A stretch of 64,000 nucleotides of DNA, from the NCBI GenBank assembly GCA_040954595.2, contig CM082590.2, forward strand, positions 1,302,001 through 1,366,000, read 5' to 3'. Positions 14,283-24,929 of the stretch are shown in pieces. Both the position numbers and the translations under genes were made by a program. Position 1 is the first letter of the stretch, and the number at the start of each line of letters is the position of its first letter. Under the pieces are notes generated by a model. The model searched no databases. It worked only from the letters and a program-made list of their open reading frames with translations, and was not told the origin of the DNA. Source of the DNA: Balanoglossus misakiensis. Its lineage: Eukaryota; Animalia; Hemichordata.

Positions 14283-14313
14283 CTACAAATAGGGAAGGAA
14301 GTAACCACATTAA

Positions 14314-15047
14314 GGTGGCATTGCATGAAAAGTTGTGATTTTTGCCAAATTTTACTTTTTTACATAAATCGGTAGGCCTAATACTGACCCACACCCTGAC
14401 TAATACGTCTTGGCGGAAATGGTGCATAATCACCCCAAAATAGCACTTTTCTGAATGAGTTCACAGCTTAACAAATAGGTGTCAACAATGCAAATGGCCG
14501 TTTTTCTCAGTTTGCATTTTCGCCGCTCTTGACAACTTCAGACGAAAATAGCTTCGCTCTGCGTTGGCCGAATTTGCTCAAATTTTAACTGGGGATTGTG
14601 TATGACCCATCCAACAAAACGGTATTTTTGTTAGTCGATAAAGTGTCCCTGGCGGGAATAAACTCTGATTCAATACAACTCGCCGTGAATTTGATCAAAT
14701 TTTACTAAAAATCTAACTTTCAAACGCTGTTACTCCTCAATGGAAGCAGATAACGCAAAACAAAATTACCGTTTTTTTGCACGTGTACTCTAGTTTCGAA
14801 TGACATATTAAGATGCACGATGCATGGTCAACTTTTTTACCTATTTTAAATTTCATGACATAATATCAAAAAATGTTTTTTTTCACCCAAAATCACCAAC
14901 ATTTCCGGGGATCAATAATATTTGCAACTCAAACAAAAGTTCAAAATCTCAGCTTCCAGAATATATATGGTTTATGGGGGTTTTAACTTTGTCTTTGATG
15001 AGAAATAGGCCTCTGAAAAAGTCTCGACGGTTTCATGCAATGCCACC
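14314..15047 (+). mobile_element. 734-bp Kolobok-type MITE, copy 1
   Basis: 17-bp TIR GGTGGCATTGCATGAAA; TTAA at 14310-14313 and 15048-15051; near-identical to 38375-39109. Confidence 0.92.
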
Positions 15048-15159
15048 TTAATCATGCAGGTATCATCAAGAACACCTCAAAAATAAAGTGCATGCATGAG
15101 TGAGGCTAGGCGTAGTTTTGGAAGCAAAGCGGACAAAATACGGCTAGGACTAGGATACG

Positions 15160-16213
15160 GCTGGGGGGGGGGGGCGGCAAGTTTGTGTCATCGGTTTTCA
15201 AAATCAGGCCGACCCCCCCTTCACCCAGGACCAAAAAATGATGACCCCCCCCCCTTTCACATACCCAAAAATATGATGACCCCCCCCCCCCACGCCGAAA
15301 ACATTCGCTGTCCTGATCCTATGTACACTGTATGCAATAAAGGGAATGAGGCTCCTCACACCTCAATTATAAATTTCTTAAAGTATTATTGAAGTATATA
15401 ATAGTATATCATTGCAATAAAGAAATCTATGAACAGTGTAAATGACAAATCAATACAATAGTTGCTAGAATTGGTAAAACAAGAAAAGTGGCGAGGGTGG
15501 ACACCCCCTCCCACATAAGAAAATTTTGTAAAATACGGTGCTCAAAGTTGCATTTTAATGAACTCAAAAGCAAATTAACTCAATGTTAGGGTGGGGTGGG
15601 AAGAAGTCTGCCCTGGTACACTAGACAAACCAGCGAATAAATGCAATGTGGTGAAGAATGGAGGAGGTGGGTGTGGGAGGGGGTGTCCCTCTCCCACATA
15701 AGAAAATTTTGTAAAATATGTAGCGCAAAGTTGCATTTTAATGAACTCAAAAGCAAATTATCTCAATGTTTGGGAGGACCAATTTTACTGCACTCAAAGT
15801 TAGAAGATTTGGCGTCATCTTCGTCATGACATCATTTATAAAACTTCTAGTATATAGAAGATGCAGCGCCAAACTATCAGTTTAAACGATTATTCTCCTT
15901 TATGTATTTACTTTGTTAAATATTATCATCGGTGGGGTTGGGGTGGCAAGCACTCTGCCCTGGTACACTAGACAAACCAGCAAAAAATGAAATGTGGTGG
16001 AGAATGAAGGGGGTGGGTGTGGGAGGGGGTGAAAATTTTGTAAAATAAGGGGCACGAAACTGCAATTTTGTGGACTCAAAAGCAAAAGTTCGGTGGCAAA
16101 AGTATGTGAACCCCCCCCCCCCCCTAAACGTTTAAAAAAACCAGATGACCCCCCCCTTTTGGACTTCAAAATTTAAGTGACCCCCCCCCCCTGGATTTTG
16201 CCCCCCCCCCCCC
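15160..16213. mobile_element. Degenerate MITE sharing internal modules with the Harbinger-type MITE
   Basis: C/G homopolymer-rich ends; repeated module gaaaattttgtaaaata..aaagttgcattttaatgaactcaaaagcaaa, also seen at ~11845-12130; termini unclear. Confidence 0.55.
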
Positions 16214-18062
16214 AAATATGGTTTAAATTTACTACATCATTGGTAGTGTCAGAGAAAAATGAATTATTATCTGTCCATTACTTACTGTTTTGGGTCTATA
16301 AAGGATTCTGTTTGTTTGCTTGAACTGCATTCCCTCTTTTCTCTAAAAGATTCTTTTTTGGGGGTTGAACTACATTGTACAGTCCTTCTCGTTCTCTCTG
16401 TTCCAAAACAAATGAACAAGAGACAACAGCTAGTGAATATTATGGACTATTGTACCCTTGAGAATAGAGATATCTTAAACGTTATATTTGGAATATAGAT
16501 CAAGGATAGGAACAAAATGACTGCACTAATTTTTAATATGAAGAGTGATTGCATAACCAGTGGCTGTACTCTACTGTATAAATATACATGTATGCAACAT
16601 AATTTCACAAACAAAGACACGCATGGATTACTCAGGACAGTCACAACCAGTTCCAATTGGGTTACATTCCCATATTAAAAACAAAATAAATTAAGGATAA
16701 CCAGTGAACATATTCATGTCGAAAATGTTTATGGTCATCAGTACAACAATAAATACTTGCCTTGCCATTACACACTCTGTCTCAGAAGCTGACATGGTGT
16801 CACTGCCAATAGTGTCAATGCCAGACAAAACAGAATTGGTAGCACTACTGCCACTAAAAAAAACAACAAGAAGGAAGGTATAATCACATGGACCACTTCG
16901 CAGATAGAATACACAGGGGTTTGTGGGACAGTTTGCATTCTGAGCTTGTGCGTTAGCCATGTACTAGACGCTATTTTGAACGCAAATACCCTACACAATT
17001 TTTTAACAGATCACCACAAATGAGTCACTATGATATGGTAGTTTTAAACTCAATGTTCTCACTTGTCCATTTTTAATTTAAAAATAAGAAATGTGCACAT
17101 ACCATTCAATATCAGACAGCTCATGTCTACTAGCACTATACATTATAGAGCTCACACCACCACAGATCGGTGTTAATGTCACTGGTAACCTTTCAAGTCT
17201 CTGGGATGTCTTCTTTTTAGTTTCATAATAACTGTTGAAAAGTTGAAATAATAATATTGAAATCTGCAGTGCATTTTGTTGATAATAAAATAGCTCACAA
17301 ATCACACAAAAGCGACAATTTTGAATACCCCTTCTCACCTCCCCCAGATGTCCTTCATTTGTATTTTCTAATAATAATTCTTTTTGGATCATTATTTTCA
17401 ATGTCAAGAAATTCTTTATTACACAAAATATCACATTATTTTTCAATGACAAATACTATTTGAGCGAAATCTACAGTGAATTGACAGCTACAAACAGAAT
17501 AGCAATGATATAAAAAACAATTTCAAAAACGAAAATATTCAACCTTGTAGACTCTTGAGGAGGGTAGAGGCCAGCCCCCAGCATGCCCCCCCTCCCCCGC
17601 ATGCCATTATTGTCGGCTCCCATGGCCAAGCACAAGTCGTCACAAGTTCACAACATATACGCTGAAATGTGAATTACTCAATTATAAACTACGTCGCAAT
17701 ATTTGTGTGTTTATGAAAATATATGGGAACGTACCCATAAAATTTATTATAATTTTTTTATTACATTCTGAACCATGGCAACTGACCAAATCACTTGTGA
17801 GTTATTTTATTTTGGCAAGTAAAGTATTATACAAACAAAAGTTAGGAGTTTTATGCTACAAAGTAAATTGTCATTATCATCAACTGTGCAGCTTTAAAAA
17901 AAAATTGAGGATTCTAGAAATTTGATAGCTGTATACTTGGATAATTCAGGGTCGCTTTCAGTTTTGCTGTGGCCCTCTGATTGAAGGTTTGTTGAGTCTG
18001 CGCTTTGATTTTTTCTTCTCTAACATCATACATGTTATCGGTAGCTGTCTTGACTTGCTTTA

Positions 18063-20133
18063 GGCTGCATTCACAAACACCTCTGGAGGGGGGGAGGCAG
18101 GAGAATTGAGGGGGGATTTTAAAAAATTGAGGGTATGTAAGGGGGGATTTGAAATAATTTAGGGACTGTAAAGGGGGGGATTTGAAAACTTTGAGGACTA
18201 AATATTTATTTTGAGTCCACAAAAATGCAGTTTTGAACCCTTCATAATACAAATTTTTCTCATGTGGGAGGGGGACACCCCCTCCCACCCCCGTCATTCA
18301 TCAACACCTTTAAATAATTGACTGGTTTATCTAGTGTCCCAGGCCGGGGGACTTGCCCCCCCCCCCCCCCCCCAATGCTAACTTTGACCGCCGAAGGTTA
18401 AATTTGTCCTCCCCAACATACCGGTAATTGAGTTAATATGCTTTTGGGTTCATTAAAATGCAGTTTTGAACTCTGTATTTTGTAAAATTTTCTCAACCCC
18501 ACCCCCTTCACTTCTCGGTTTAAAATGTCTCCCAACACAGAATATAAATACTTAAAAAATAGCGTCAAGGACACTGTGGTCCCATTTGAGGACATAGCAC
18601 ATAGCAACATAGCAATAAGCATATCTGCTCTGGAGGCCAAGATATGGAAAAGTAGGTCAAAGGTCACCTGAGGTCATACAAAATTTGGGCAAGAAATTTT
18701 GACCTTATACTGGTCCATGTTCAATAAAAACCAAACCTATAGCCTTATTGGTTAGCCTGGAATTAGGTATGCACATAATTAATGAGATATGCAGGTGTCA
18801 CAGGTGACCCCCAATTTTGGCTTTTCAATTTTGTGCCAACCCTCCAAACGCCAAGTCTGTACCTGCTCTGGATGCCAAGATATGGTAAAGTAGATCAAAG
18901 GTCACCTGAGGTCATGCAAAATTTGGGCAAGAAATTTTGACCCTATACTGGTCCATGTTCAACAAAAACCAAACCTATAGCCTTATTGGTTAGCCTGGAA
19001 TTAGGTATGCACATAATTAATGAGATATGCAGGTGTCACAGGTGACCCATATTTTGGCTTTTCAATTTTAGTCCCAACCCTCCAAACGCCAAGTCTGTAC
19101 CTGCTCTGGATGCCGAGATATAGGAAAGTAGGTCAAAGGTCACCTGAGGTCACCCAAAATTTGGGCAAGAAATTTTGACCCTATGCTGGTCCATGTCCCA
19201 CAAGAACGAAACCTCTAGCCCTATTAGTTAGCCCGGAATTAGGTATGCACATAATTAATGTGTTAAGCAGGTGTTACAGGTGAGCCCAAATATTTGCCTT
19301 TTATTTTGGCCCCATTGTGCTCACTGACCAATAGACAGTCACTGTACAGGACTATTGCACAGACCAGAATTCCACAATAAGACGTGGACATAGCTTAACC
19401 ATAGAGGTATAAGTAAAGGTATAAATTTAATAAAAAGACTAAAAAATTCATAAAACATAAAACATCCATGATATTAACTTAACACTTACAGGTCGATGTG
19501 AGGTTGACATAAGGTACATGCATACCAATTTTTAAAGCAATCTGACCAGTACATGTAGTTGTTGACTTTCACAGTTTTGATAAATTTCACATTTTACTGG
19601 CTAATTTGCATATTTTTGGGCCTGGCAACTTCGTTTGGACAAACTCCCATCTACAGCCCTGCCTGCATCTGCACACCAAATATCAAGGTGATACGCACAG
19701 CGGTTTTCAAGTTTTTGATGTGGACGGACATACATCCATCCATACATACATCCATCCATACATCCATCCATCCATACATACATACATACATACATACAGA
19801 CGCAACCCATCCCATAAGGTCCCATGGTATATAGGCCTATACCAATGGGACCTAAAAATAAAAACAATGTTCAGTTTTAATACCCACTGATAAGGGGAAA
19901 CATCAGTTTCAAATTCTTTTCATGGGAGCGCTGTTTTTCTTTTTTACAAGATAAATAGGTGATCTCTGATGTGTTTTGCTGTGTGAAAGAAAATGGGGGG
20001 GGGGGGATTTGAAAATTTTAGCAGTTCGGAAGGGGGGGATTTGAAAATATTTTGGGTTGTTGAGGGGGGCATATGAAAATTAACGGTAAAAAAATTGAAT
20101 TCTCCCCCCCCAGAGGTGTTTGTGAATGCAGCC
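18063..20133 (-). mobile_element. Harbinger-type MITE copy 2 (inverted relative to copy 1) carrying a nested insertion
   Basis: Same TIR GGCTGCATTCACAAACACCTCTGG; TTA TSD at 18060-18062 and 20134-20136. Confidence 0.9.
18561..19853 (+). mobile_element. Helentron-type HINE with a 238-bp internal tandem repeat
   Basis: Absent from MITE copy 1; inserted in an A-run; 238-bp units start at 18625, 18863, 19101; (CATC/CATA)n tract at ~19730-19797; terminal hairpin ggtcccat..atgggacc. Confidence 0.75.
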
Positions 20134-20166
20134 TTACATCCTCACTGTCATTGTCAAAGCATTTTT

Positions 20167-20368
20167 CTCTATTTTTACTCACTTTGCTCTTCCTACCTCC
20201 TTTGCTTGCAACATCACAAATAACACTCTCTCCACATGTGGGATGTTTTTGCCAGTCAACTACCTGGATCCCAGGTTTTCCTATATTTTTACTCACTTTG
20301 CTCTTCCTACCTCCTTTGCTTGCAACATCACAAATAACACTCTCTCCACATGTGGGATGTTTTTGCCA
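20167..20368. repeat. 114-bp-period tandem duplication within the RAG1-N-like ORF
   Basis: tttttactcactttgctcttcc... occurs at 20172 and 20286. Confidence 0.9.
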
Positions 20369-20599
20369 GCCACATATTGTTTATACGAATCGATACAGTG
20401 TTTACAATTCTTACAAAATTTATCCGGATGAACATCACTCTGATCACTGAGAATGTCGATGGAAAAACATAAATTTATATCAAGATAAAACTCACAGCAT
20501 GAATACGTTGTGCTAAGCAACTTTGACCCACAAATACGGCAGCGAATTGAAATAAAATTGCGATGAAAGTCAAAATCTCTCGCAGACGACATTACGAAC

Positions 20600-21420
20600 T
20601 CTGCATTCGGATTTGCCGCCTGTGCCGGTTGACGCCGTGACCATGGGAACCAAGAACAATAGACAAACGCAACCCATGCCACAGACCACACAGAAAACCC
20701 TAACCCTATCGACACACACCAGCCACTCTGTCATACATTGACGCACCCGAGAAAACTTGTTTCCGATATTAAAAAACTTATTACGAAAATAGCACTTAAA
20801 AGTACATGTCACAATTTCCGGTTTCACAAAAATCGAACAGAGAGATTGAAAAGTGTACCTGATTTGTACGATCGCGCATGATGATGAACGAACGCCATCG
20901 ATACCTGATAACTTCGTGTATCTTCGTATTTACATTCGGTACTTCCGACTTCGATCCGATCACCCACATATGGTTAAAACGCAGCAAAAACGAAGGCCGC
21001 TGAATAACTGAAAATTCGATACTGGAAAATTCCGAATCGAAATCTCGAAGAAATACACTAACAGCGCTTCAAAACGCACTGCGCATGTGCGAGCTTACTG
21101 GAGCAGCCCGGAAACAAACACACATGCTGGGTATACGAAGCCGAGTCTTGTGTTCCAATATCTTCCTGTTCAAAACGAACTCGTTTGTGGCGATGCACAA
21201 AGAAGTTACGATTTTACTACCGATGTCTTGTTATTATCTCGATTATGCCAGCCCCTACGTTCCATAAGGAGCGCCGGAGAATAAAAGACTGGTTCATTTG
21301 AAACGTATGTTTCCAATCAGCCGCAGCTCAGGTCAGCATGGTTGTCAAACTTTGCCTCTTGTTATGAAATCGTTTCGCAGTCAAAAGTAGCAGCAAAATG
21401 AAGAGTCGCCATGCAGGTAA
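20600..21420. promoter_or_regulatory. CpG-rich putative bidirectional promoter / first exons
   Basis: CpG-rich relative to flanks; CCGGAA ETS-like core; plus-strand donor cag|gtaagt at ~21417; minus-strand donor-like site at ~20858 upstream of the zinc-finger ORF. Confidence 0.3.
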
Positions 21421-21453
21421 GTCGGGAAGTTCTGGCAATGTTCGTTTTTTTAT

Positions 21454-21745
21454 TAGGTCCCATTGGTTTTTACCATGGGACCTTATGGGATCGGTTGCGT
21501 CTGTATATACATGTATGGATGGATGTATGTCTGTATGCCCGTCCACATCAAAAACTTGAAAACCGCTGCACGTATTATAACCTCGATATTTGGTGTGCAG
21601 ATGCAGGCTGGGCTGTAGATGATTGGGAGTTTGTTCAAATGAAGTTGTCATTGCCAAATATATGTAAATTAGCTGGAAAAATGTGAATTTGGTGAAGTAA
21701 CTCAAGAACTACTGGTCAGATTGCTTTGCAAAGTGGTGTGTATTT
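21454..21745 (-). mobile_element. Truncated inverted copy of the 18561-19853 HINE end
   Basis: aggtcccattgg..taccatgggaccttatggga..ttgcgtctgtat..gtccacatcaaaaacttgaaaaccgctg is the reverse complement of ~19530-19853. Confidence 0.85.
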
Positions 21746-22284
21746 ACTTTATTGAGTTGTTTTAATTAGGCAGGAACTCCCTCCTGTGTTTCTTATAAAC
21801 ACAGCAAATTCCTGAATGATTACATAACTGGCTAAGTTTCAAGAGGCCAGCTGTTCTATTTAGTGTATGTACAGTACATATGCCATTGGCAGTTTATGGG
21901 TCAGTCAGTGTTTGCCCATTGATCTCTCTCTATGTGTGTGTGTCTGTCTGTCTGTCTGTATATGGCCATGTACTCCGGTGTAGAGTTTTTCTTGTGTAAT
22001 CCTTCAATGGGACCGCCTTGTCCTTGACGCGATTTTTTAAATTTCCTGCTTGTCATATATTTACAGTGTTTACTCCAGGATGTTGAGAGAAGGGGGGGGG
22101 GGGGAATGACCCCCTTAGTCCAATCATGATTTGCATAATTTATATTAATTAGGTAAAATATCAAGGAATGACCATTTTGAACATTTACTTACTAACTGCC
22201 TTCTTTCCATATTAAAAAACAGTATTAGTAAATTACAAAATTTTACATGAGAACTTGACAACACATTAACAGTTACAGCTTTTT

Positions 22285-23002
22285 TAGCTCTGCTGTCACT
22301 TGTGTCAGCCGAGCTGTAGCTGTAGGTTGATAAGTGTCTGTCTGTCGTCTGTCAACTTTTGGTATTTCAATCTCTTCTGTAAAACAACTTGCCATATTTA
22401 GCTGAAATTTGGTTGGAATGTGTGTTTTGGTGCCCTTACCTGATTTTGTTCATTTGGATATGATGGGGTCATAAATATGCAAATTAAATCTAAAAATAGA
22501 ATTTTTTGGTAAAAAAATCTTCTTTTCCCTAACTACATGTACGATGGAGCTGAAATTTGGTAGGAATGTGTGTAATGCTGTTCCTACCTGATTTTGTTAA
22601 TTTGGATTTGATGGGGCCATGAATATGCAAATTAGATCTAAAAATAGAATGTTTGGTCAAAAATCTTCTTCTCCATAACTACATGGACGATGGAGCTGCA
22701 ATAGGGTAGGAATGTGTGTTATGGTGCCCCTACCTAATTTTGTTAATTGGAATTTTGATAGGGTCATGAATATGCAAATTACAACCTTGGTGCTTCCTTG
22801 TGATTTTGTTCTTTAGGATTCAATTCTTTCTTTCTTTAGCACCATGAATCAAGCTCAATTTGGATAAATACTTGTGATGTCTATGTTTGGTTTGGTTCAA
22901 TAGAATACAATTGTTATGAATAAAAACCTAGGGTATTCATATCATTGCCCAGGTTACACTGTTAAAGTCAGCAAAGCTCTTTTGACCGACGGGTCACTTG
23001 TT
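22285..23002 (+). mobile_element. Helentron-type HINE with ~147-bp internal repeats
   Basis: Inserted in a T-run, empty site acagttttttctacttt at ~24021; begins tagctctgctg, (gtct)n, repeat units at 22401/22549/22695, subterminal inverted cagcaaagct and hairpin tgacc..ggtca before cttgtt. Confidence 0.8.
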
Positions 23003-23783
23003 CTACTTTAAAATGGTAGGTTTTGCAGAGGGAGACACCAGCTTGCATAACTTTCAGGGCATGTAATTTAAAAAAGGCGGGAGAGCTGAAAATAACCTTC
23101 CTGAAATTAATTACACAAGTGGTGGGAGAGTAACTAACTGCTCCCCCTGGCAATGAGAGTGAAATGAATAAAAAAAATGCACCTGCAAAAACAATAGTGT
23201 CTTTCTTTAATACTGAACCTGGGAAACATTTTCTTGTTGGATTTTAAAAGTTTCAGTTTAGCTGCCAAAATATTAGATTGTGAAACCCTTAATAGTGAAA
23301 TAAAATCGAATTGGTATATTTTCCTTCAGATTTCTGCCTCACTTCCCCTTATGTGGCACACTACTCAAATAAACAGTCTCTACATATTGAATGACTTTCC
23401 TTCCTAAGTAAGAAAACAAGTTCATGGAAAACTGATACATTCTTGATAATCGCCATGGGATGAAGGCAGTTCTTTTAATTTGCATAAAATTGTTATGTTC
23501 TGCCTATCCAATTTCAAAAGTCGCCATAACAACAAGTTCACTTGAGTGCAGAGTGCGTGCTCTAAATTTAGATGGTGTCCAGACAGAACTCTTTGGCTGT
23601 TCCAACAATTTCACTCTGTAGCCCTGGAGCTAAATTACACGTAAAATGAATGTGAAAGTCATCTACAACATAGTTTTTTGGGGTGGGAAGTTAAAATGTA
23701 CAGGCCAGCACGCTGTAATATCGGCAGTTATCCCAGTGTTTTGACTGACAGTGTCTGCTATGGAGGCTTGGACGCGCATGTAC

Positions 23784-24929
23784 CAGTGTTTTCTCCAGGA
23801 TGTTGAGAGAAGGGGGGAATGTCCCCCCTTAGTCCAAAATTAAGGGGGGATTTGCTCAAAATAGGGGGGAATCATGATTTGCATAATTTATGTTAATTAG
23901 GTAAACATCAAGGAATGACAATTTTGAACGTTAACTTACTAACTGCCTTCATTCCATATTAAAAACAGCATAAGTAAATTACAACATTTTACATGTGAAC
24001 TTGACAACATATTAACAGTTACAGTTTTTTCTACTTTAAATTAGTAGATTTTGCAGAGGAAGACACCAGCTTGCATAACTTTCAGGGCATGTAATTTAAA
24101 AAAATGCTGGAGAGCTGAAAATAACTCTCCTGAAATTAATTACACAAGTGGTAGGAGAGTGACTGATTAACTGCTTCCCTGGCAAGTAGAGTTAAATGAA
24201 TAAAATAAATGCAACTGCTAAAATAATAGTGTCTTTCTTTAATACTATACCTGAGAAAAAAATTTCTTGTTTGATTTTAAAAGTTTCAGTTTAGCTGCCA
24301 AAATATTAGAATGTGAAACCATTAATAGTGAAATAAATTGAAGTGGTATATATTTCTTCAGATTTCTGCCAACACTTCCCCATCTGTGGCTAGGCACACT
24401 ACTCAAATAAACAGTCTCTGTACAAATTGAATGACTTTCCTTCCTAAGTAAGAAAACAAGGTCATGGAAAACTGATACATTCTTGATAATCCCGATGGCA
24501 TGAAAGCAGTTTCTTTAATTTGCATAAAATTGTTACGTTCTGCCAACCCATTTTCAAAAGTCGCCATAACAACAAGTTCACTTGAGTGCAGAGTGTGTGC
24601 TCTAAATTTAGACGGTATCCAGATAGGTTGTTCCAACAATTGCACACTATAGCCCTGGAGCTAAATTACACGTAATTGAATGTGAAAGTCATCTACAACA
24701 TAGTTTTTTGGGGTGGGAAGTTAAAATGTATAGGCCAGCACGCAGTAATATCGGCCGTTTTCCCAGTGTTTTGACTGACGGTACATGCTATGGAGGCTTT
24801 GACGCGCATGTACTGGCCGGGTGGGCTGCTCAAGAAGGGGCGATTGTCGCCCCCTGAACTTGTTACAAGGGGCGCGTCAAGTGTAAAAGAGGGGGAATCG
24901 CGCGATCGCGCGTCCTGGAGAAAATACTG
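23784..24929 (+). mobile_element. Inner copy of the same hAT-like element nested in the outer copy
   Basis: TIRs cagtgttttctccagg / cctggagaaaatactg; ATGTAC duplicated on both sides (23778-23783, 24930-24935). Confidence 0.8.

Larger units (their letters stand above)
17914..20594 (-). pseudogene. RAG1 N-terminal / Chapaev 'Chapa'-type zinc-binding ORF, interrupted by a MITE and a 114-bp duplication
   Basis: HRNFISIRCRICG...FSIDILSDQSDVHPDKFCKNC fits H-x7-CRxCG...D-x4-H-x4-C-x2-C, followed by W-x2-H..C..C..KGGRK; frame continues across the MITE empty site into the 17914-18059 segment; no DDE core seen. Confidence 0.75.

Noticed and set aside
14824-15051. 75-aa ORF repeated at 38886-39113
   Set aside because: Conserved only because it lies in two young copies of one MITE
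17026-17035. CACTATGATA resembling a ProtoRAG TIR start downstream of the RAG1-N-like ORF
   Set aside because: Only 10 bp match, with no downstream conserved nonamer-like box and no partner TIR or TSD found; compatible with chance
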